Of a DNA stretch of 64,000 nucleotides, positions 52,722 to 64,000 are shown piece after piece. The stretch covers positions 62,001 to 126,000 of the forward strand of contig JAQGDQ010002378.1 in the NCBI GenBank assembly GCA_030141605.1, given 5' to 3'. Under the pieces are notes generated by a model, which worked only from the letters and a program-made list of their open reading frames with translations, did no database searches and had not been told where the DNA came from. The stretch comes from Tubiluchus corallicola (Eukaryota; Animalia; Priapulida). How positions within the stretch are numbered: position 1 is the first letter of the stretch; each line of letters starts with the position of its first letter. Position numbers and translations under genes: made by a program.

Positions 52722-55700
52722 GCAAGTAGAACACTTTTTTAAAATATTTCCTGCATGTATCCTTGCACACTGATAAGCACGTAGAAAATATGCCCAAGTT
52801 ATTGTTGCTATACTGGCTACTCAACCTGTTTTTGCAGGAAATGTTGAAGCTAAAGTTATGTGCTTTTATCGACGTCGGGACATATCCGGAGGCCTGCTTA
52901 TGCTGGCAGATAAACATCAGAGTGCTCTTGAAGAAGAGCATGATGATAAACTGTCTGAAAAACAGAGCCATCAGTTGCGGCATCGCGAACTTTTTCTTTC
53001 CCGACAGGTAAGCAATTGTCAATTTTTTTATTATTTAGCTGTGTATTTATTATTTATGCAGTTAAGATGTGTTATAGTAGTAGATTAGCATTTTTATCAA
53101 AACAGTTTTATCTATTTTTAATGCTTTCACAGTTTTCATGTTTACAGGTTTGTTCCAACCACTTAGTTTTACTGAATCTGTTCATAATTTCTCAGGAATT
53201 AACTTTGTGTAAGGTCTTAGTATCAAAATGTAATATTAGGAAGTAGTGTTTACAAGTGCAGAAGAAATCTAACACCGATACCATTTTCCTTACACCTTAT
53301 AAAAAACATTTTTTATAAGGTGCAAACTCACTTTCTATGAGTTGCTTAGTAGTTTGCAAATTTGTCATGGTTTTTGGTTTTTGATTTTTTTTGCTGTTGT
53401 ATTTTTGTTTTTGTATTTCTGCACGTTTATGTATTTTTTAATATAGTTGTGTCTAGTGTCATTAGCATCCTTTTGTTTACTGTCCTTTGAGAAGGGTGGT
53501 TGACTCGATAACCTTTGGTTTTTCGCCACCCTTTTTCCTATGTTCGTTTGTATTTTTGTGTATTTTATTGTCAAATCATTGTATATTTATGGAGGAAGAT
53601 AAAATTACTATTATTATTATTATTATTATTATTATTGTCGGGTACCTGGGTGCACAATTGTTAAGATACAACAGCAGTGAAGAAATTAAAGTCATTTATA
53701 TTATTAAAATAAAAGCAACGTTGGTATATGTCAACTAACTGCACTGTTACATTAACAACAAGCATTCATTTATTGCATGCTGAGGGACAACTCGTGAGCT
53801 GAAACTCACGAAAGTTAATGTTTTGCTTCATGCCATATTTGGCTGTTTTATTCTGTCAGACTCCTGAACTACTTAATTACACGCTTTTATCAGTGAGTCA
53901 GATATGTCAGCCTAGGTACTGTGCTGAGGTCTATTAATACTTGTAGAGGCTAGGGGAATGAAATAATCAATATTATCCTTTTTGTGTGTTGTTAAACTAA
54001 AAAATCCGAGTATTCATATCATTGTTAGTGATGTGAAATAGGTTTTTAATTGTTAAAGGAAAACCGGACGATTGGGTAAACATTAGTTCAGAATAAAGTG
54101 TGCTCTAAAATATTGAAAACTATAATAGCTTTTCTTAAATCAAAGCTGAGATTAAATAATAATTGCCTTGGATACTCAAATTTTGTTAAACTTTCAAAGC
54201 TATGCACGGCTCAGTGAATCTACTAAGATTGGCAACAGCGCCTTTTTGTCACATGCATGTGACCGCCAAATAGAAGGCGTTACCGTGACAACCATGATCA
54301 TGAACTGCAGTGTTAGTTTCTGACGTCATATGACATAGAGCCCATTTTCGTGACATCGCAGTACTATAACACTGTAAATGTGCTTGACACGCAAGGGAAG
54401 ATACCTGCCATTGCCCAAACTGTGATTAGTTTCTGACGTAAGCAATAGTTGTGTTTGGTTGCCATTAATTAACTTTCTAAGCTTATTATTCAAATATAAG
54501 AGACAATTGCTAACTTTCATTGGCAAGAAAATTTATATTTTGGACAGTAAATTAAAATGAGATTGAGTCTAAACAATCATCAGCTTTTCCTTTAATAAAT
54601 AGTTTTATTTGGATAGTTAGCCTCATCGTAATGAATTGTTTTTTGTAAGTCACCTCTATGTCAAAAGTGGCGTCATCTGTCATCTGGCTGTTAGCCTTGG
54701 GCACTGCCAAGGCAGCAGTTAATTGTCTGTTACTGCAGAAGTGTGCAGCAGAAGGTGGCCTTTATATTTTAAATTCTTAAATGATCAATATCGTCTTAAC
54801 AATAACGTTTGCATTTTCATTGTGTGAATTGGGTAGAACTATCAGGCACTGGTAGTAAACAATGTGATGAATTACTTGGGTGCATTGTACCCATGGAAAC
54901 ACTATTAAGAAGCATTTTTTGATTGAACCCTAGTAATGATAAAATGCTTAACTTGATTAATTGCTTACTTTCAGAATTTGTTCAGAAATGAACTTCAATA
55001 TAACTTCGTTAACAAGCTCAAGTTACAACAATCTAAACTGTGCTTATCACAATTTATTTTGTATTTAGGTTGAAACACTCCCTGCCACACATATCAGAGG
55101 TAAATGCTCGGTTGCCTTACTAAATGAGACTGAATCGTTGAACAGCTACTTAGACAGAGATGATGCTTTCTTCTACTCATTAGTCTATGATCCGACGCAG
55201 AAAACTTTGCTAGCTGATAAAGGAGAAATACGTGTTGGGAGCAACTTCCAAGCTGAGATACAAAACCTTCTTGGAGAAGGTAATTTAATGTTACATAAAT
55301 TACTTTTTGTGAGAATAAGCTTTTCAGTTGTTACATTCAAGCAATGTGTGTTTTGCAATTGATGTAAATATTTCTTATAATTTACCAGCCTAAAAACAAG
55401 AATCGTAATATCGGTATTGAACACATTTCTGAGATGTTTTATTGCAATATGTTTTATGTTTGTTGCACCTCGCAACATTGTCTTCACTCTAAAATATTTT
55501 GACTCATCTGCTTTTGTGCGCTTATCAATTGCCAGATCTGTTTTTTACTAAAAAAGTTCAGAAAAAAAGTGCAAAAAAGCAGTCAGAAGGCTTTTTCTAC
55601 TAGATTGTTTTAGTGAGCCTTTGACAAGTGTATAAACTTCAGAGACAACTGAATGCAAAAAGAAAGGAATTAAAATGGTGCATGAAGTCATAGATTATCC

Positions 55701-58700
55701 AAGATCTTCGCTTACATGACATATATTTGCATTAATCTGAAAAATACAGACAACTCAGCGCATGATTAAGTTCAGAAAACACTGAAATGTTCGTGATATC
55801 GCACTATGATATGGCTTCGTGTGCAGTGATTTAGTCAGCTTTTCCTTTTTGCACTTGAAAGGGAGAAAATAGCAACAAAATGTCACAAATCAATCTGCAC
55901 GGAACACAATGCCCTCAGAGCTTTCTTGTTATTCTGAAGCCATATCTTTTCAGTTCTCATTTACAGCAAGTCCTTGCTTAACGACTCCCCGTTTAACAAC
56001 GTTTCGTTTTAACACCGCTGAACATTTGACACCATTTTCTCACTTAACGACACACGTTTCGTTTTAAAGACGATTTTTTAAGTTGCTGACAACCATTTTT
56101 TATCAACAACTTTTTTTTGCCTAATTTGGAGTATAAAAGCCATGCAAATTGCATAATTTTGTTCTAAAAGCACATTAGTAACCCAAACAGTGTAATTATT
56201 ATAATGCTTTTGGTTCCCAACTATCTGCGTACTAAATTCTAGCCGCTTGTATGAAGATCTATTTGCCGATCCAGTCTCCAGACACCTGAGTTTAAACTTG
56301 ATGCCAAGGAATTTTGTGTGCAACTTGTTGCTATAACAACCAGATTAATACTTCCTGAAATTGCCTCAAGATGGCTTCATGCAGGGCTAGGCCTTCTCTT
56401 TGCATTGTTTAAATGTGAACTGTCTGTATACAGGTTTCAATAGACCCATATCCAGTCTAGCTAGATTTTGGTAAGAAAGATAGATGGTTTCTGGCAATTA
56501 ATCAGTAGAAATATGAATAAAACTCATAAAACATTTGATGTATACAATTTAAGCAGCATCGATTTTTGCTTCTGGAACGTATCTCAATTCTTTTACATTA
56601 CTTTCCATGGAAGTCTTGGTTTCGTTTAACGACGTTTCGCTTAATGTCACATTTTGCTGGAGTGCATTAGCGTCGTTAAGTGAAGACTTGCTGTACTAAT
56701 GTGTTTGTCTGTTTTTAGGTGAATCTGACAATCGTGTTGTGTCTGAACTGGAAAGTCTTATTTACACGCCAGAGAATCCATTATCTGATATTCAAATTGA
56801 CCAGTTTATGGTCATTGCTCGGTCAGTGGGAACATTTGCTCGTGCTTTAGATTGTTCTAGTACGGTCAAACAGCCGAGTCTGCACATGAGCGCGGCTGCT
56901 GCTTCTAGAGATGTAACTTTATTCCATGCAATGAATGTATTGCACTTGTCCGGTAAACACCTTAGTTGATTAGTTTGCTAATATTTCTTTTCTGTTTTAA
57001 TAACTTTGTAGGCGCGGGTTATTAAATTGATACAGTAGGTGCACTTAATTGACTCACGGTTAATAGACTCAATCAATTAATTGACTCAAAAACGCCTGGT
57101 ACGGGCCACTTCTATTGAAATGTACATAAATACTGTCGGTAATTGACTTAAATAACTCTGCATAATTGAATCAATATTTTTGCTTCACATGATTCAATAA
57201 GACACTTTCCCATGATTAATAAGCTTTTATGACTTTTATATCATCTTAGTTCGCTTTTGTCCTATAATATACATAAGAAACAATCATGTTAAGTACCGTT
57301 TTGTTTATAAGCAGGAACGTTTATCATATGCTAATATGCTAGCCTAATGGTTTGCTTTGACCCGCCTGGCCACTGCAATTAACCTGGTTACCCAAGAATT
57401 CTTGAAAGCTAAACATTTAGTCACTTGCTTAGCGATTTGTTTTTGAAGCTCTGACTATTTTTGCCAGAATGTCTTATCAGTTAGATGTTGCTGGATGCAG
57501 GTACAGTACAGTTGCTGGCATCCCTGGTGTAGTCCAAAGGAAAGCGGGGCGATACGTTTGGCACCAAGTTGGCTGCAGGAGCTGCCGGAGTCAGTGAGCA
57601 CACTGCACACTGGTCCGCCTTCGGGGCTCCACTCCTGATTTGGAAGGTTTACTCCTCTACACATGGCCATTGAGTCACTTGACCTCCTCCGCCCTCTAGT
57701 CTTTGGCTGCTTGTGCAGCTCCTTGCCTAGTGTCGAGATACAGTGTGGGCATCCCGCAAGCCTACAGCACCTGGTATTCCTAGGCGCACTAACCAGGCTC
57801 TATGTTGCTTAACTTCGGTGATCAGATGAGAACCGGTGTTTTCAACGTGATTTGGCCGTAGTTACACAGTACAGTAAGTATGTCACAATTATAGCAAGCA
57901 GGAGCTTAGGCGAACCTACCGACGAAGCTACTTGCGGGGAAACACGGGCACCACTAACAGTTTAAGCACGCCAAACACTAAGTATTTCTTTCGAAAATTT
58001 ATGCGTGATCATACAACAGCAGATCCATTAAAATTCATTAAAACATTTGCAGTGCATAGTAAGCTGTTGACTCATACTTCTATACCAGTAATACTGTACC
58101 CATCGGTTAATAGGTTCAGTCGGTTAATTGGACAAAAACACTTCGGTCCCAAAGTGAGTCTATTAAGTGACACCTACTGTATTAGCTTTAGAGAGCTTAG
58201 ATTTCTGGCCAAAGTACTAGCTGCAACTATATACTGTATCCGATATAACTTAAAAAAATTTGTCTAAGCTTGCTTAAATTAATAGTAACCAACCAATTTA
58301 TTGGTTGTTAGTGTAAAGGTGCCTTTGAAATGACAGTTTTTATTTAAAAATTACTATATTTAAAACACAGTATGTGTTAGCAGTGAGTATGATTTTTGAG
58401 GATTTTATCAAGGTTTCTATAATTGAAGTTTGAAACGTAGTGAACGTTGGAAAGCCTGTCTCATGTTGTTACTTTTCTGTAATTTATAGAGTGGTATTTT
58501 TTATTAGATAGAAAAATATAGCTAAATTTTATTTACACAGTTTAGTTAACCTGTTTGCAGTTATTATAATTAATGCACTTTTGTGTACATTAATACAATA
58601 ATGTACTTTTAATTTTTTTTGCGGTTAACAACGTCTTGCTAGAGTGTATTTTTTATAGGTTACGATCTCTCAAAGGCAATTTCAACACTTGTGCCACCAA

Positions 58701-61700
58701 GTGGCCCAGTCTTGTGTCGCGATGAAATGGAGGAGTGGTCGGCTGCCGAAGCAAATCTTTTTGAAGAAGCCATTGAGAAATACGGAAAAGATTTTGGTGA
58801 CATTAGACAAGACTTCTTACCATGGAAATCTTTAAAGAACATTATAGAGTATGCGCATGTACAGTAATGTTGAAAATTTGGTTTATAGATTTAAGATTTG
58901 CGACATTTCACTACCAGAAGCCAACTTGTCAACAGTTCACCAATATGGCAGATGAAACAATGATGAGAAATTGTTAGAACTCAGAGCAATCACTCTTTAG
59001 TATATAATCTTAACTTTATTTCCTGCTGTACTATTTAATTGTGAAGTGTTTGTTCATTGAATTGTTGCTTAAGATAAACAGATGCTTGAGTAGCCATTAA
59101 AATTATGAAGAACTGGTTAGTTTTTTTGCTTTTACCTTATGTAGTTGTGTGACATTAGTGGTATACCTTACATCCAGGTGCTAGATTGCAATTTTACATC
59201 CATAATTTTATTTTGCAAGGAGTAGTAATATAATATTAGGTCTGAAAAACCTTTTAAGAGCTTAAGTGTTTCTTGGAAATATGGTAAAATGGTTTTTTGA
59301 TAAAAAAGTGTGTTTGGAAATTATAAGAGTGAAAGTTGTTTAAAAAGAACACAAACACTGCATTAATTTTCTAGCTTAGTATTTTTCAATAAAGGTTATT
59401 GTTCGAAGCCATAGTTGGTGGAGACCAGCGTCGATCTTTTCGTTGGGTGATCATTCAAAATTTTATGTTTTTTTATACTCTATGTGATCCATTTTTTTAT
59501 TTCAGATACTACTACATGTGGAAAACAACAGACCGTTATGTACAGCAGAAACGTGTAAAAGCCGTTGAGGCAGAAAGCAAGTTGAAACAAGTGTACATTC
59601 CAAACTACAACAAACCTAACCCTGCAGCAATTCAGGGCCAAAGAAATGGATTTGAGGGTGTCGATTCTCGTGCGTGTGAAAGCTGCTTTACCAGTGTTTC
59701 ACATCAGTGGTAAGCTGTTTTGGCAATTGGGTTTATCTGTCAGAGATTTCTTGAGATAAGTGCTTCCAAATGTGGTAAAGAGACAATAACCATGCGGAAC
59801 AAAATACCTGCAAGTACTAATTCAACTTCGTCGTTACCAAGATTCAAAAAAAGTTTGAAAACTTTATTCTTTAATGCGAATTAAAGGTTGACCTTGTATA
59901 GTATGTTCACGCGTATGTTCAGATTTACAGTGAGTGACAGACTGGCCGATAGTGTACTTCTGTTCATAAATATATATATATATTTTTGCAATGTCTTAAT
60001 AGCAATCTCATATTCAACTAATCCACATCATTTCACTAACCTAATCGTACTAATTCCCATCTCCTACACTATCAGTCCATCATTTTTTACCTTCCCTTTT
60101 TGCACCCTAACACCTGCATCATTAATGATATCATGTCATGCCAATTTTATTATGAAATTAATGTAATTATATAATCTTATGTACACCTTGTCATCGTAAT
60201 GTGTTTTGCTATATTGTATTGTTGTTTGGTGTTTTCGTAATAACTAAAAATAAATAAATAAAAATGAGCAGTTCAATTTCTCATCTTAAAGGATACTGTG
60301 AGAAGCTTCTATCCTCAAAAATGCATGTCAAAATACATAATCCTTGTTACTAGTGGCTTGAACTTGGCGTACTGAGTGGCAAATTGTATAAAATATTCCA
60401 AGGCACTAATGATCAGTTTGTTGACTTTAAATTCTTCTGCAATTATTGTGTTGAACTTCACTATTTTTATTTACGTTTTTTTTCCCAGGTATGCTTGGGG
60501 TGCATCGCACCTGCACTGTCGTGTTTGTGCCAACTGCTGGACATACTGGAAGAAGTACGGAGGCCTGAAAATGCCAACCCGATTAGAGCAGGCAGAAAAT
60601 CAGGCTGCTCAGATGCAGATGCAGACATATAAATGCAGTGTTCTTGGTGAGTTGAAAATTATTCAAGGTGACAGTAACAGTTCAGTTTTACTTATTAAAA
60701 TCATGCAACATTTTTTGGACTCGATTTATTTTAAATATAAAAGAAAATTCACATTGAATATATCTTGTCAAATTAAACACAACTCTACAACCTTGATAAG
60801 AACTTATGAATGTCAGTAGAAATATTTACTCTCCTTTTCCGTCACATGCATGCTCCACTCAGGTTCCCACGGTCAGGGAAAATCCTTAAAAATGCAGGCT
60901 ATCCTGGAAAGTCATGGAAAAGTCAGGGAAAATGATGAAAATGGGGTGAAAAGTCCGGGAAATTGGAAATCGTTGCAAAAATAATCACCATGGACCGATA
61001 TTTTTTCAAACATATTTTTCAGCGATTCGTATTCAAATAAAATTTTGCTATGGCAGGCTCCCAGTTTCAATTTCTGTGCCAAAAATAATGATTGGATTAA
61101 GAAAGTTTATTTAATGTAATTAGTGTCATTTCGTTAGCACTACTGCAATTGTGCAGACACATTATATATCAGTATATGTATGAATGTCCACACATAAAAA
61201 TGTTTAATTACGTTTACTGGTAATACAGTTTCTGCTTATCTTCGTCATGGAAAATCTATATTTGGTCAGGTAAAAGTTTCGGAGGTCATGGAAATTTATT
61301 TTAAAATTCTGTAGGAACCCTGTCCACTGAACTCTCACTTCTATCAAAATTTCCAGCATAATTATTAATGGTTTTCTCTTTATTTTCACATGTGCTGATA
61401 GGCTGAATGAACTACAGTTATGGAGGTATTTTTGCATATGTGAGCAAATTTTTGCTAGGAAATACTTGAAAAAGTTCATGAAAACTAGTGTTTTAAAGGA
61501 CTGGAAATAAATACAAAGAACACAGTTTTTCTCATTTTTTTTCTCATTCGCACTTTTTGTGAAAGAAACATTTTTATTTTGCATCAAAACATTATTGATT
61601 TTCTGGCTTCTTGAATCAACAAAGAAATCATTTTCATGTTTAGTCTTTTGGCTGTTTCATAGTCCTGGTTTATGATTGCACGTTCAAATTTGTTCATTTG

Positions 61701-63688
61701 CAGGTTGTGGAAAGGAGTTTAAGATGCGCACGCAGCTGGTTCGTCACTGTGCAGCTATGCATGGCTTCGCGATGCGCTCCGGGAGTCCTCGTCCCATTGT
61801 AAAGACTCGGGCAGCATTCTGCCTGCACACTACACCTCTGACTCGTCTTGCTCGGAGAGTGTGTGGTGACATGTTGCGAGTTCGACACGCCGGGCGAAAA
61901 CCTTTTGAACCAATCAATGCAGCAGCGATTAAAGCAGAATGCCAAGCTAGGATTGCTGCTGATAAAGACAAACCTTTAGGTTGGTTAACATAATTACAGT
62001 TTAATTAAAATGTGTGATAGTCATACTTCATATACATTTTAAGCAGATTATATGGATACATCCATTTTATTCAAAGTAAGGTTATGAAAGCCATAACAAA
62101 TATTTCATTTTGCTGAGTAAATAGTCTATTAGTTTATAAATTATAGATTGGTAGAGTGAAGCCATTTCTATTAGTTTATAAATTATAGATTGGTAGAGTG
62201 AAGCCATTTCTTGATTCCCACATTGTTTTAAGTAGACATTTAAAAGGCAATGAACTCAGTAATTGTTGCTGCTGCCTTTCCCACTGCTACTGTTCTACAG
62301 TTATAAGTACTAGTATACTACTATTACATTGAACGCTCGCAGGTGCAGATAAAAAAACTAAAAAACAACATGTTAATGTTGGCCTAACAAACTTTGTGAC
62401 AATAGGGTGGGCAAAGCATGTAGGAGGGGATTAATAATTATGATTCTCATGCCTAAGGCCGACAGTAAAAATACTTCTGTTTCCATCTAATCACCCGGGT
62501 AATTTTATAATTGTTTTTGTATGTTCATATACTGACACACTCATGTAAAATAGTATTTTTTTAAATTTCAAATCTTCTTCTTCCCAGCTTTTCCCTATTA
62601 AGTCTCACCGACTCATTCTTTTTAATTTCAAATGTAAAATGCAATAATTATTATTTCAGCGAGGATGCATCCATGTTTTTTGGGTTGCCAAACTCTCCAG
62701 GGTTGCCATTTTGTATGATGCTGATTACTGTATTGGAGGCTAGAACGTATAATTTTTTCTGCCTAATCAGCATATTAATGGCTATTAACGCCCGAGTAGT
62801 ACTGCCGCTTAGGCGTGATTATCAGATCATATATTTGTACTATACAAAAAAGAGACTACATGATAATTGATACTGTACGACAGTTTAGTAATGTGAAACA
62901 AAAAGCTAAAAATCAAAGCGTGATAAATGTGCATTGAAAAAATTTAAAGCATTACTACTAACCAGTGGAAAGTAAACAAACTTCAATTTCAAATGAAATT
63001 GATATTCCACGATTCACATTCACAAAGCTTTAAAAAAAAATTTTCTTCCCTTCCTGCTGCCATCTTTTGAGTTGATGAGGTAAGACAGAAACAATTTTTT
63101 TGTGGCTGGCTTAAGTTACACCGACGTGAACTCAGTGATGAGGGCACCCTCAGAACCAGACTATACCTGCAACTGTTTTTGCTATTCTGGTCATTCCATG
63201 AGTAAGCTTCATCTAGAAACCATCCAAATCCTTGATGAGAGCAGAAGTCAGATAATGTGTTTGTACGAGCATCCACTCTGTCGTACAGAGTGGCAGGTTT
63301 AAGTCAACTGTAAAATAGATAATGCGTTAGCACAACCCACCCTTTAGTTGATTCTTTGAATTGCCTTATTTCTCTCCGTAATGTAGTATTTTAATTCAAG
63401 TCATTGATTCGTCTTATAGGTTTGGTTGGCCATTTTGAAATGTTACATGCTTGCGTAGATTTTGTTAAGCTATCACAGTTGCACCATAATACATGTACAG
63501 TGTTTACGTAATTATAGGCAAGATGGTTGCTAAGAAGCGATCAGGAACAGACGACATTGTGGCACGCTTGGGAATAGATTTATCAACTGGCAAACCAGAC
63601 GTTCTTACCGGAGGAACTGCAACTAGAGAGTCTCGGGACACGCCCGTCAAGCCCGCTGCGATAATGCCTCGGGAGGACCGCGTATCAC
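52616..63688 (+). CDS. MTA1: Metastasis-associated protein (MTA, NuRD subunit), 3'-incomplete: join(52616..52721,52838..53007,55069..55279,56719..56952,58659..58848,59506..59709,60489..60646,61704..61979,63518..63688)
   Basis: [15 protein letters not shown] start, then BAH, ELM2 ([12 protein letters not shown]), SANT ([22 protein letters not shown]) and GATA finger (CESC...CANC) domains; all phases consistent. Confidence 0.97.
52838..53007 (+). CDS. MTA1: MTA coding exon 2
   Basis: [16 protein letters not shown]...[13 protein letters not shown]; gtaagc donor. Confidence 0.96.
55069..55279 (+). CDS. MTA1: MTA coding exon 3
   Basis: [15 protein letters not shown]...[31 protein letters not shown]. 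Confidence 0.96.
55964..56693. mobile_element. Tc1/mariner (pogo/Tigger-like) MITE
   Basis: TA|CAGCAAGTCCTTGCTTAACGAC ... GTCGTTAAGTGAAGACTTGCTG|TA: TIRs plus TA TSD. Confidence 0.88.
56719..56952 (+). CDS. MTA1: MTA coding exon 4 (ELM2)
   Basis: [46 protein letters not shown]. Confidence 0.96.
57513..57865 (-). mobile_element. 5S rRNA-derived SINE (SINE3) with a GC-rich, probably RTE-derived body
   Basis: 5S head followed directly by a ~245-bp non-5S body and no poly-T terminator; flanked by the 10-bp direct repeat ACAGTACAGT (57503-57512 and 57866-57875). Confidence 0.75.
57758..57865 (-). pseudogene. 5S rRNA-like sequence (SINE head / pseudogene), box C deleted
   Basis: CTACGGCCAAATCACGTTGAAAACACCGGTTCTCATCTGATCACCGAAGTTAAGCAAC...GGTTAGTG[~14-nt deletion]CGCCTAGGAATACCAGGTGCTGTAGGCTT matches metazoan 5S rRNA. 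Confidence 0.9.
58659..58848 (+). CDS. MTA1: MTA coding exon 5 (SANT)
   Basis: [63 protein letters not shown]. Confidence 0.96.
59506..59709 (+). CDS. MTA1: MTA coding exon 6
   Basis: [39 protein letters not shown]...RACESC. Confidence 0.96.
60489..60646 (+). CDS. MTA1: MTA coding exon 7
   Basis: [32 protein letters not shown]...YKCSVL; gtgagt donor. Confidence 0.95.
60860..61322. mobile_element. MITE with CAGG(G)TTCC...GGAACCCTG termini (copy 2), 6-bp TSD
   Basis: TSD TCCACT at 60854-60859 and 61323-61328; reverse-complement homolog of 2150..2528. Confidence 0.87.
61704..61979 (+). CDS. MTA1: MTA coding exon 8
   Basis: [21 protein letters not shown]...[25 protein letters not shown]...[11 protein letters not shown]. 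Confidence 0.94.
62125..62210. repeat. Perfect 42-bp tandem duplication
   Basis: TCTATTAGTTTATAAATTATAGATTGGTAGAGTGAAGCCATT occurs twice. Confidence 0.95.
63518..63688 (+). CDS. MTA1: MTA coding exon 9
   Basis: ttatag acceptor and gtaagc donor; phase 1-1 and in frame; less conserved sequence. Confidence 0.8.
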
Positions 63689-64000
63689 GTAAGCTTGTCA
63701 ATTAATTTGAAGGATGTTGCCACCTCTAATTTTTGAAACACGAATACTAGACAAGTAAGGGGAAATTTCACATCATTATGTTTCATCAAATAAGAACTTT
63801 GTTTTCAATAGTGAGCGTAGCTTATCCATCTAGAAAGCTGTCTTGGCTGATGAGATTGCTTGTGTGGTTGACTTAGTCAGTCTTAAGGAAGTACTTTGAC
63901 TAAATGCAAGCAAAAGCTTTACATTTGTCGAAGTTCATTCATGGACTGGGCCATTGTAAACTGTAAATTTCTGTATTTAGCTTTCCAGTTTTTCGTAGAA

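Larger units (their letters stand above)
57033..58179. mobile_element. Tc1/mariner-type non-autonomous element hosting a SINE
   Basis: TA|CAGTAGGTG-CACTTAATTGACTCAC ... GTGAGTCTATTAAGTGACACCTACTG|TA (~25-bp TIR, TA TSD). Confidence 0.87.

Noticed and set aside
57758-57865. Functional 5S rRNA gene
   Set aside because: Box C is deleted, there is no T-run terminator, the copy is solitary, and it is fused to a non-rRNA body between TSDs

Overview
This is an AT-rich, intron-containing animal locus. It is an invertebrate by inference; the species cannot be determined from the window. Four spliced protein-coding genes can be reconstructed with phase-consistent splice sites. (1) Calcineurin A catalytic subunit (PPP3C family, minus strand), exons 1-5 from 35590 down to 2645, with the remainder beyond the left edge. 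(2) PBLD/PhzF-like epimerase (plus, 6 coding exons, 36072-43831, 296 aa), head-to-head with calcineurin. (3) An uncharacterised ~307-aa protein with an acidic N-terminus, one transmembrane helix and an SRPBCC/polyketide-cyclase-like domain (minus, 6 coding exons, 51806-47279). (4) MTA (NuRD subunit, plus, 9 coding exons, 52616-63688, continuing past the right edge), with a GC-AG intron and an extra C2H2 zinc finger. The introns hold several MITEs with readable TIRs/TSDs, CR1 and RTE LINE remnants, microsatellites, a 53-bp hairpin-unit minisatellite, and a 5S-rRNA-headed SINE (SINE3) nested in a Tc1/mariner-type element. The SINE body appears RTE-derived. Most ORFs in the supplied track are spurious or are exon/intron read-throughs. 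No CRISPR array or prokaryote-type system is present. The best candidates for undescribed biology are the 5S/RTE SINE, the TM-SRPBCC gene and the hairpin minisatellite. Comparisons to human exon sizes and repeat families are from memory and need database confirmation.
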